DNA of 64,000 nucleotides from a virus. Position 1 is the stretch's first letter. Every line of letters starts with the position of its first letter. Both the position numbers and the translations under genes were made by a program. The notes beneath the pieces are model-generated. The model was not told where the DNA came from and made no database searches. It worked only from the letters and a program-made list of their open reading frames with translations. The stretch is taken from IMG/VR virus record IMGVR_UViG_3300042549_005813. One strand, given 5' to 3'. Positions 31,783-38,084 of this stretch are shown here, piece by piece.

Positions 31783-32176
31783 AGATTTAGTTGAAGTGAC
31801 ATTGGATGACAAAGATGATTTTTTAAAGGTACGTGAGACACTGACCCGTATTGGTGTCGCCTCCAAGAAAGACCAAACATTATACCAATCTTGCCACATA
31901 CTCCACAAACGTGGTCAATACTACGTGGTACATTTCAAAGAACTATTTGCCTTAGATGGCAAAACAACAGACATTACCGAAAACGACCTATCACGCAGGA
32001 ATGCTATTGCAAACCTATTGGAAGATTGGGGCTTGGTAAAGTTAGTCAATAAAAAACAAACCGAGGTGCCACCACCTATTTTCTTGTCACAGATTAAAAT
32101 ATTGTCACACAAGGAAAAGAACGATTGGCAACTTACACCAAAGTATAATATTGGTAAAAAACCGAACGGTTCTTGA
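31769..32176 (+). CDS. regA: Translational repressor RegA
   Basis: FLKVRETLTRIG, LYQSCHILHK and HFKELFALDG. Confidence 0.96.
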   Translation: MIDIKDLVEVTLDDKDDFLKVRETLTRIGVASKKDQTLYQSCHILHKRGQYYVVHFKELFALDGKTTDITENDLSRRNAIANLLEDWGLVKLVNKKQTEVPPPIFLSQIKILSHKEKNDWQLTPKYNIGKKPNGS

Positions 32177-32201
32177 CAACTAGTATAAATACTGATATAA
32201 T
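32173..32201 (+). promoter_or_regulatory. Nested sigma70 and late promoter for hsp20
   Basis: TTGACA (32173)-17-TATAAT (32196) with TATAAATA (32184) inside the spacer. Confidence 0.8.
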
Positions 32202-32203
32202 GG

Positions 32204-32350
32204 TCCCATTCGGGATGGGAAAAAGGTGCTCCACCTACCTTAGGAGCGTATTAAAACGGACAGACGCACTGTCACTGGATAACGTAACCAGTACCTAACC
32301 GATACGCCTTCGGGGTATCAATTTTTTAATCTCGCTTTTAGGAGAAAACT
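32204..32350 (+). promoter_or_regulatory. Structured hsp20 5'UTR, ROSE-like RNA thermometer
   Basis: Five hairpins, then UCUCGCU pairing with SD AGGAGA with a bulged G. Confidence 0.6.
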
Positions 32351-32803
32351 ATGACAAATCTTATGAAAGATTTTTTCGGTTCTGACTTTGGTAAAATCCA
32401 ACCTTTCACTGTAGGTTTCAATGACACAATGGACCTCATGCGTGAAGCTGCAGCGGCTGCATCTAAAGCCGTATCTTATCCTCCATACAACATCAAACAG
32501 GTAAAAGAAAACAAGTACGTCATTGAAATGGCTGTTGCTGGTTTTGCTAAGTCTGACATTGAGATGACTTTGGAAGGAAATAAACTAGTAATCAAAGCTG
32601 CAACAAAAGACGCAGATGAAGAAGAATATTTGTACAAAGGCATTGCCAACCGTGCATTTGAACGTACCTTCACTCTCGCAGACAAAGTAGAAATTAAAGA
32701 TGCAGAATTGATGAATGGTATGTTGAAAATTTGGCTAGAAAACATGGTCAAAGCACAAGACGCCATTAAGAAAATTTCTATAAAGGAAACGGTAGAAAAA
32801 TGA
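32351..32803 (+). CDS. hsp20: Small heat-shock protein (IbpA/Hsp20 family)
   Basis: YPPYNI, IEMAVAGF, YLYKGIANRAFERTF and NGML. Confidence 0.95.
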   Translation: MTNLMKDFFGSDFGKIQPFTVGFNDTMDLMREAAAAASKAVSYPPYNIKQVKENKYVIEMAVAGFAKSDIEMTLEGNKLVIKAATKDADEEEYLYKGIANRAFERTFTLADKVEIKDAELMNGMLKIWLENMVKAQDAIKKISIKETVEK

Positions 32804-32955
32804 TTCAAATAATTACCTCTTTACTTAAACGTATAAGTGGTGATTATGGAAACAATTTAGAATCATATATCACCAGTAGAAATCCTCAAAATGAGGGCGA
32901 CATTGAGCGCTTCACCCGTGATTATCATTTTCATATAACTCAAAATAGGTACTAA
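32800..32955 (+). CDS. Small hypothetical protein (51 aa, possibly DUF3563-like)
   Basis: MIQIITSLLKRISGDYGNNLESYITSRNPQNEGDIERFTRDY...; ATGA overlap with hsp20 stop; not in the ORF track. Confidence 0.5.
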   Translation: MIQIITSLLKRISGDYGNNLESYITSRNPQNEGDIERFTRDYHFHITQNRY

Positions 32956-33047
32956 AATGAAAAAATTATTTACAAGTATACTTGAGGCCATAGAGGCTAT
33001 CAAACAACACAGGTCGGGACCCGGCCTTAAAGGTAGATAATTACCAC

Positions 33048-33084
33048 AAGGGGTCTTGACAGACCCCTTTTTTTATTGTATAAT
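33048..33084 (+). terminator. Terminator hairpin overlapping a sigma70 promoter
   Basis: AAGGGGTC-TTGACA-GACCCCTT plus T-run; TTGACA (33056)-17-TATAAT (33079). Confidence 0.8.
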
Positions 33085-33093
33085 TGAGACATT

Positions 33094-33276
33094 ATGAAAA
33101 CTGAAAAACAATACATCAAAAAAGTACGTGTAAAAACCACGTTGGAGAATTACTACGTTTGTTCACCAGAGACTAAAGAGATTGATGGGGTACAATTCGT
33201 TTACGTAATCAAAAACATTGGTATTAGGGAAACGCCTAAATTAATGCGGAAAGAATCATTAGAATATATCAAATAA
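33094..33276 (+). CDS. Hypothetical protein
   Basis: 60-aa ORF directly after promoter. Confidence 0.55.
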   Translation: MKTEKQYIKKVRVKTTLENYYVCSPETKEIDGVQFVYVIKNIGIRETPKLMRKESLEYIK

Positions 33277-33351
33277 GGGCCGATAGCTTAATGGTAAAGC
33301 AGTGAACTCATAATTCATTGAGTCTAGGTTCAATTCCTAGTCGGCCCACCA
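33277..33351 (+). tRNA. tRNA with CAT anticodon (Ile2 or Met)
   Basis: Cloverleaf, loop CT-CAT-AA, encoded CCA. Confidence 0.85.
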
Positions 33352-33369
33352 TTTTTATTAAGGAGTATC

Positions 33370-33819
33370 ATGTCTATTACAATTAAAAACCTTGAGGCTG
33401 CATTGGCTGGAGAAAGCCAAGCGCACATCAAGTATCGTTACTTTGCAAAGATTGCTATGGAAGAAGGTCATGAGGAAATTGCCAAACATTTTTGGCACAC
33501 CGCTGACCAAGAATTACTCCATGCATGGGGTCACCTTGAGTTGTTGATTGGTAAACCAACTACCAAAGAATGCCTTGAAATGGCCATCGAAGGTGAAACA
33601 TATGAGTTTACTACAATGTATCCTAATATGAAAAAGGATGCAGAGATAGAAGGTAACAAAGAAGCAGAACGTGAAGCTGCACACCAAATTGCAGAAAGTC
33701 ACACACATGCGGAAGAATTCCGTGCAGTTCTTGCTAAGGCAGAGAAGAAATTTGCAGCATTGGCTAAGATTGAGAAACGTCATGCAGCTGCATATCAACA
33801 AGTATTGGAGAAACTATAA
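33370..33819 (+). CDS. Rubrerythrin-like diiron protein
   Basis: NLEAALAGES, ExxH motifs and AIEGETYE. Confidence 0.9.
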   Translation: MSITIKNLEAALAGESQAHIKYRYFAKIAMEEGHEEIAKHFWHTADQELLHAWGHLELLIGKPTTKECLEMAIEGETYEFTTMYPNMKKDAEIEGNKEAEREAAHQIAESHTHAEEFRAVLAKAEKKFAALAKIEKRHAAAYQQVLEKL

Positions 33820-33947
33820 TGGATCATGTATGTGTGGTTTGTGGCCATGTCCACGATGATGAAAAAGAAGGCGCATGGGATACATTACCAGATGATTTCA
33901 CTTGTCCAGAATGTGATTGTGGTAAAGAAGACTACGAGGTCCTGTGA
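33819..33947 (+). CDS. Rubredoxin
   Basis: MDHVCVVCGH...WDTLPDDFTCPEC (two CxxC); 42 aa; not in the ORF track. Confidence 0.85.
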   Translation: MDHVCVVCGHVHDDEKEGAWDTLPDDFTCPECDCGKEDYEVL

Positions 33948-34417
33948 AAGATAAATTTCGTAATGCATATATGAAAGTGGCCGAGACATTTGCAGCATTG
34001 TCCTCGGCTCGTAGACTTCATGTTGGTGCTATTGTAGTAAAGGACGACCGCATCATAAGTATTGGTTATAATGGTATGCCTTCTGGTTGGGATAACAACT
34101 GTGAAGATAAAATCTATTGTGATGATGGTGATTGTTTAGAACAACAGTTACCAAAAGAATCAGATACATGGAAAAAATATAAACTTAAAACCAAACCAGA
34201 GGTGCTTCATGCGGAAACAAATGCAATCGCTAAGTTGGCAAAGTCTACCGAATCTGGTATGGGTGCTACTATGTTTATCACCCACGCTCCATGTTTGGAC
34301 TGTGCCAAACTTATCTACCAAAGTGGTATTAGCAGTGTTCTATATCGGAACTCTTATCGGAGTGATGATGGTATCCAATTCCTACAAAAAGCAGCCGTTT
34401 GGGTGGAAAAAATCTAA
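33944..34417 (+). CDS. dCMP deaminase
   Basis: GYNG, HAETNAI and PCLDC. Confidence 0.92.
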   Translation: MKDKFRNAYMKVAETFAALSSARRLHVGAIVVKDDRIISIGYNGMPSGWDNNCEDKIYCDDGDCLEQQLPKESDTWKKYKLKTKPEVLHAETNAIAKLAKSTESGMGATMFITHAPCLDCAKLIYQSGISSVLYRNSYRSDDGIQFLQKAAVWVEKI

Positions 34418-34461
34418 TACTCCTAAATAACTGAGGGTAATTGTGCCCTTAGGAGACCAGG

Positions 34462-34971
34462 ATGATTATTCGTGTGGTTAACTGTCCAGACAAAGATTTT
34501 AAGCCCTTTGTTGAAAGAGCAGCCCAATTCTTCGCTAAAGAATTGATACCAAATACACGAATAAGAAATAATTGTATAACAGAAATTAAATTTTGTACCA
34601 AAATAACTGAATATGGTTTTGCTAGTATTGAAGATTATAATACAAAAAAACTACCTAGACAATTCCTAATAGAAATTAATCCAAATATTGGATCCAGAAG
34701 AATACTGGAAACTTTGGCACATGAAATGGTTCATGTGAAACAATACATTGATGGTGAAACGAATGATGAGTTGACCCGATGGAGAGGTAAACGGGTTGAT
34801 CCAGACAAAATAGATTATTGGGTTCAGCCATGGGAGATAGATGCTTACGGCCGTGAACCAGGACTACTTACGAAGTTTGCTATATCTGAACACTTGTGGG
34901 AAACGTTCTCCGACTTTGTTGATCCATCCGGTCCAATAAATTATAATCCGATTGCATGGAAAAAAGAATAA
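34462..34971 (+). CDS. HExxH zinc metallopeptidase-like protein
   Basis: TLAHEMVHVKQ...PWEIDAY. Confidence 0.75.
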   Translation: MIIRVVNCPDKDFKPFVERAAQFFAKELIPNTRIRNNCITEIKFCTKITEYGFASIEDYNTKKLPRQFLIEINPNIGSRRILETLAHEMVHVKQYIDGETNDELTRWRGKRVDPDKIDYWVQPWEIDAYGREPGLLTKFAISEHLWETFSDFVDPSGPINYNPIAWKKE

Positions 34972-34975
34972 AAAT

Positions 34976-35509
34976 ATGTCGCATCCAACTCAACAAGAAT
35001 TTGTTAAAAAATTATCAAACGAATTTCCACAAAATTTTAACAACATAAAGATGCTGGAGGTTGGAAGTTTAAACATCAACGGTACAATGAGAACTCATTT
35101 TACAAATTGTGAATATGTTGGTGTTGATGTGGATGCGGGTAAAGATGTTGATTTGGTTTGCGAAGGCCAGCTTGTCGACCATGCAGATGGCACATATGAC
35201 ACCACAGGTTCTTGTAATTGTTTTGAACACAATCCACATTGGATAGAAACATTTCAAAACATGTATCGTATGACCAAAAAAGATGGATTAGTTTTTATCG
35301 TAGTACCAACAACAGGTTATCCTGAACATGGTACATCCAATAAAGCACCAAATGATAGTCCTTTAACCATTGCAAAAGGTTGGGAATATTACAGTAATCT
35401 TACAGAAGAAGATTTTCGTAAAAACTTTGATATGGATAGTATGTTTCATACCTACAAGTTTGAAACAAATAAGACTCCCGAATTATTTTTTTACGGATTT
35501 AAAAAATAA
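34976..35509 (+). CDS. Class I SAM-dependent methyltransferase
   Basis: LEVGS, YVGVD and CFEH motifs; start moved to ATG 34976. Confidence 0.8.
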   Translation: MSHPTQQEFVKKLSNEFPQNFNNIKMLEVGSLNINGTMRTHFTNCEYVGVDVDAGKDVDLVCEGQLVDHADGTYDTTGSCNCFEHNPHWIETFQNMYRMTKKDGLVFIVVPTTGYPEHGTSNKAPNDSPLTIAKGWEYYSNLTEEDFRKNFDMDSMFHTYKFETNKTPELFFYGFKK

Positions 35510-35522
35510 TTTTAAAAACCGC

Positions 35523-35551
35523 TTGCCAAGACATAAAAGTTCCTATATAAT
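35523..35551 (+). promoter_or_regulatory. Sigma70 promoter driving leaderless leader-peptide transcript
   Basis: TTGCCA-17-TATAAT; ATG begins 7 nt after the -10 box. Confidence 0.8.
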
Positions 35552-35557
35552 AACACT

Positions 35558-35668
35558 ATGACAAATTTTAAACACATATCCTTTACGTTACAGCCAGAGT
35601 ATCGCACAATTAATTGTGGTGATAGCTCATGGGCGCCGACTGGGTTTTGTGTAAAGAGAGAGAACTAA
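35558..35668 (+). CDS. Putative attenuator leader peptide containing all 20 amino acids (MTNFKHISFTLQPEYRTINCGDSSWAPTGFCVKREN)
   Basis: 36 codons, 30 distinct; starts at predicted +1; 3' end overlaps the antiterminator strand; not in the ORF track. Confidence 0.7.
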   Translation: MTNFKHISFTLQPEYRTINCGDSSWAPTGFCVKREN

Positions 35669-35736
35669 TACATAAGTTCTAAAAAAAGACTCCAAACACA
35701 AGACCCTAGACCTAAAAAATCTAGGGTTTTTTGTTT
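35642..35736 (+). terminator. Attenuator: antiterminator (35642-35652 with 35696-35706) versus intrinsic terminator (35700-35710 with 35720-35730, then U-tract)
   Basis: GGGTTTTGTGT pairs with ACACAAGACCC; AAGACCCTAGA pairs with TCTAGGGTTTT; the helices share 35700-35706. Confidence 0.75.
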
Positions 35737-35819
35737 GTTGTTTCAATACAACACAGTGGTTGCCAGGTCATCGAATCTGATATACAATACACACTGTTCT
35801 TTAAAAATTTGTCGTAGTT
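35736..35819 (+). promoter_or_regulatory. tRNA-operon promoter module 1: palindrome, sigma70 promoter, boxA-like
   Basis: TGTTGT-N6-ACAACA, TTGCCA-17-TACAAT, TGTTCTTTAAAAA. Confidence 0.7.
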
Positions 35820-35822
35820 TAT

Positions 35823-35896
35823 TGGGGTATAGCATAGTGGCAGTGCTGCGGACTTTGAATCCGTAGGTCCTTGTTCGATTCAAGGTACCCCAGCCA
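35823..35896 (+). tRNA. tRNA-Gln(TTG)
   Basis: Cloverleaf, CT-TTG-AA loop, CCA. Confidence 0.9.
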
Positions 35897-35969
35897 TATA
35901 AAAGCACATTGAGAGACATAGCCGGCGTAAGACCCGGAAGTATGGTGGTTATCCAGTGTGTTTCTATAT
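35896..35969 (+). ncRNA. Unidentified hairpin RNA
   Basis: 16-bp terminal stem with G-U pairs enclosing an inner CCGG/CCGG stem. Confidence 0.45.
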
Positions 35970-36061
35970 GGAAGATGATGCAGCGGGGTTGGTCCTGCGA
36001 CTGGCCTTGAAAACCAGGTTCTCAGAAATGGGATGGGGTTCGACTCCTCCGTCTTCCGCCA
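35970..36061 (+). tRNA. tRNA-Ser(TGA), 8/4 configuration
   Basis: 8-bp acceptor GGAAGATG/CGTCTTCC, 4-bp T-stem, long variable arm, G73, CCA. Confidence 0.8.
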
Positions 36062-36066
36062 AACAT

Positions 36067-36154
36067 AGAAGGTTGCCCGAGTGGTTAAGGGAGCAGTTTG
36101 CTAAACTGTCGTTGCGAAAGCGGCGCATCGGTTCGAATCCGATACCTTCTGCCA
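36067..36154 (+). tRNA. tRNA-Ser(GCT)
   Basis: Cloverleaf with long variable arm, CCA. Confidence 0.9.
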
Positions 36155-36160
36155 AAACAT

Positions 36161-36252
36161 GCCAGCGAGACTTGACAGTCAGAGAGTCCTTATAAGACTT
36201 TTAGCGCCAGATTAGCGTTCTTGAGAGGGTTTGATTCCCTCCGCTGGTACCA
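36161..36252 (+). tRNA. Atypical tRNA with TAT anticodon (Ile?) and long variable arm
   Basis: GCCAGCG/CGCTGGT acceptor, CT-TAT-AA loop, small D-arm, ACCA end. Confidence 0.65.
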
Positions 36253-36260
36253 AATGAAAG

Positions 36261-36476
36261 ATGATTATGTGGAAAATTAAAATTGAAAATGGAATAATAT
36301 TAAATGCAAGTCCAACATTGGAAGATGCAATGAATTTTGCAAAAGGTTACGGCAAGTTTGTAACCATCACCAATGACGAAATGGAATTTGTAGGTAAATT
36401 CGGTGTTGATACTATCAAGGACGGAAAGTGTCCTGATGGAGTTGATTACACTTGGATGAAACGAAGAAATATGTAG
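36261..36476 (+). CDS. Hypothetical protein inside tRNA array
   Basis: 71-aa ORF filling the gap between tRNAs. Confidence 0.55.
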   Translation: MIMWKIKIENGIILNASPTLEDAMNFAKGYGKFVTITNDEMEFVGKFGVDTIKDGKCPDGVDYTWMKRRNM

Positions 36477-36548
36477 GTGTGACCCGAAAGGCTAGGGAGC
36501 AGATTGCAAATCTGTTACATGCAGGTTCGATTCCTGTCACCTACTCCA
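36473..36548 (+). tRNA. tRNA-Cys(GCA)
   Basis: Cloverleaf, U73, CCA. Confidence 0.9.
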
Positions 36549-36552
36549 AACA

Positions 36553-36659
36553 TGTTGTAGAAATACAACAGTACTGGTTGACAATGATTCATGGTTGTGT
36601 TATACTTCATCTATGAATTGAGAAATCAATCAAACGTTCTTTAAAAATTTGTTGTAGTT
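36553..36659 (+). promoter_or_regulatory. tRNA-operon promoter module 2: palindrome, sigma70 promoter, boxB/boxA-like
   Basis: TGTTGTA-N4-TACAACA, TTGACA-17-TATACT, ATTGA-GAAA-TCAAT hairpin, CGTTCTTTAAAAA. Confidence 0.75.
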
Positions 36660-36662
36660 AAT

Positions 36663-36737
36663 GCTCCGTTCGTCTATCGGTTAGGACGCTGCCCTTTCAA
36701 GGCGGAAAGACCAGTTCGATTCTGGTACGGAGTACCA
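36663..36737 (+). tRNA. tRNA-Glu(TTC)
   Basis: Cloverleaf, CCA. Confidence 0.9.
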
Positions 36738-36859
36738 TTTGTTTTGTTGACGTAAGCGCTTGAGTAAACGTCAACTCTAACTAACTATGTATATAAACGG
36801 TAATGCTGCAGCTAAATCCGTTGAGCATAGCAAATAGTGCGTCAGCAAAACAAATGGTA
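36733..36859 (+). ncRNA. Unidentified RNA closed by a 21-bp stem
   Basis: 36733-36753 pairs with 36839-36859, including two G-U pairs. Confidence 0.5.
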
Positions 36860-36864
36860 GTTAT

Positions 36865-36938
36865 GGGGGTATAACTTAGTGGTAAAGTAGTAGGCTTTTA
36901 ACCTATTAACCAGAGTTCGATTCTCTGTACCCCTACCA
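36865..36938 (+). tRNA. tRNA-Lys(TTT)
   Basis: Cloverleaf, CCA. Confidence 0.9.
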
Positions 36939-36947
36939 AAAAAATTT

Positions 36948-37032
36948 GGAGACACGGCAAAGTGGGAGAGTTGCGGCAGACTGTAAATCTGTTCCTTCGG
37001 GTGAGTAGGTTCGAATCTTACTGTCTCCACCA
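36948..37032 (+). tRNA. tRNA-Tyr(GTA)
   Basis: Cloverleaf with variable arm, CCA. Confidence 0.9.
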
Positions 37033-37033
37033 A

Positions 37034-37220
37034 ATCCCGTTACTACTTTTCGTTAAAGTAGCGTTTGATTAGCGATAGAGATCCGGTGGCAGAAAACCGT
37101 TAGCGAGAGAAATCTCAGGCTCTGATAGGCAGTTCCCTCTGCACACAGACATTAGAATAAAAGGGATGGACAGAGTAACTTCTCAATTAAGGGCTTGTGT
37201 GGAAACAAGTAGCTTATCCT
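37034..37220 (+). ncRNA. Unidentified structured RNA (about 185 nt)
   Basis: No ORF; several hairpins and long-range complements between two tRNAs. Confidence 0.5.
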
Positions 37221-37225
37221 AATTT

Positions 37226-37300
37226 GGTCTTAAAGTGTTCATGGACGCACATCAGCCTGTCACGCTGAAAGAAGGGGATCGTTACCCCTTGGGACCGCCA
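37226..37300 (+). tRNA. tRNA-Asp(GTC)
   Basis: Cloverleaf, G73, CCA; atypical T-loop ATCGTTA. Confidence 0.85.
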
Positions 37301-37308
37301 AGTTTTAT

Positions 37309-37383
37309 TCCAGAGTAGCACAGCGGTAGTGCAGTTGACTGTTAATCAATTGGTCGTAGGTTCGATCCCTGCCTCTGGAGCCA
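37309..37383 (+). tRNA. tRNA-Asn(GTT)
   Basis: Cloverleaf, CCA. Confidence 0.9.
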
Positions 37384-37386
37384 ATA

Positions 37387-37597
37387 CGTTCCGCTTGGTT
37401 AGCGGATACTGTGACCCGCAGGATAAGAAGTGAGGTGACTCTCAAGGGTGGTACCACTCTTACCGAAGTGGCGCTGGCAATGCGAGAACGGTCCTGGTCG
37501 GGAAGCGGGTGGAGGTCGTGCGTGATGAAAGATTAATTGGAGTAAAATCTGACCAAATTTCTGATGCGATATAATTACCGCCGCAGGACGCAGAGCA
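37387..37597 (+). ncRNA. Unidentified GC-rich structured RNA (about 210 nt)
   Basis: GC-rich compared with the genome; nested helices; flanked by tRNAs. Confidence 0.55.
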
Positions 37598-37606
37598 TTT
37601 TATTTC

Positions 37607-37680
37607 GCCCTATTAGTATAATGGCATTACACCTGTTTTGTAATCAGGTTACGGCAGTTCGATTCTGTCATGGGGCACCA
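37607..37680 (+). tRNA. tRNA-Thr(TGT)
   Basis: Cloverleaf, CCA. Confidence 0.88.
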
Positions 37681-37686
37681 GTTTTT

Positions 37687-37762
37687 CTCTCTGAAGCGTT
37701 ATCAGGTTGCGTACACGGTTTGGGGCCGTGTGGTCAAGGTTCGAATCCTTGCAGGGAGACCA
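37687..37762 (+). tRNA. tRNA-Pro(TGG)
   Basis: Cloverleaf, CCA. Confidence 0.88.
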
Positions 37763-37770
37763 GTTTTTTT

Positions 37771-37845
37771 GGGGGCAGCAGTGGGCTGCGGCGTTCCCTT
37801 GCAAGGATCGTGACTAGAAGGATTCGATTTCCTCGGCCTCCACCA
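37771..37845 (+). tRNA. tRNA-Ala(TGC), atypical D- and T-arms
   Basis: G3-U70 pair, CT-TGC-AA loop, ACCA. Confidence 0.75.
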
Positions 37846-37849
37846 ATTA

Positions 37850-37924
37850 GGTTCAGTAGCATAGTGGCAGTGCAGCATCTTCATACGGTGCGTTGTGTGA
37901 GTTCGATTCTCACCTGAACCACCA
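37850..37924 (+). tRNA. tRNA-Met(CAT), elongator-type
   Basis: Cloverleaf, paired 1-72, CCA. Confidence 0.85.
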
Positions 37925-37930
37925 AATTAT

Positions 37931-38005
37931 GGGCGATTAGTAAAATGAATATTACACAAGGCTACGAACCTTGAAGTGGGAGTTTGATTCTCTCATCGCC
38001 CTCCA
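37931..38005 (+). tRNA. tRNA-Arg(ACG)
   Basis: Cloverleaf, CCA. Confidence 0.85.
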
Positions 38006-38009
38006 ATAT

Positions 38010-38084
38010 CCTCTTGTAGCTCAATGGTAGAGCATTCGGCTGATAACCGAAAGACCTAAGGTTCGATTCCTTTCGAGAGGACCA
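38010..38084 (+). tRNA. tRNA-Ile(GAT)
   Basis: Cloverleaf, CCA. Confidence 0.88.

Noticed and set aside
35970-36061. Selenocysteine tRNA (selC)
   Set aside because: The anticodon loop is CU-UGA-AA (Ser), not UCA, and no sel genes are in the window.
37387-37597. RNase P RNA, tmRNA or SRP RNA
   Set aside because: No GAGGAAAGUCC P4 motif, no tRNA-like ends with a tag ORF, and no clear SRP helix-8 motif.
35956-37917. ORFs called over tRNA genes (35956-36195, 35964-36155, 36842-37033, 37564-37917, 37702-37884)
   Set aside because: Shadow ORFs of tRNA sequence.
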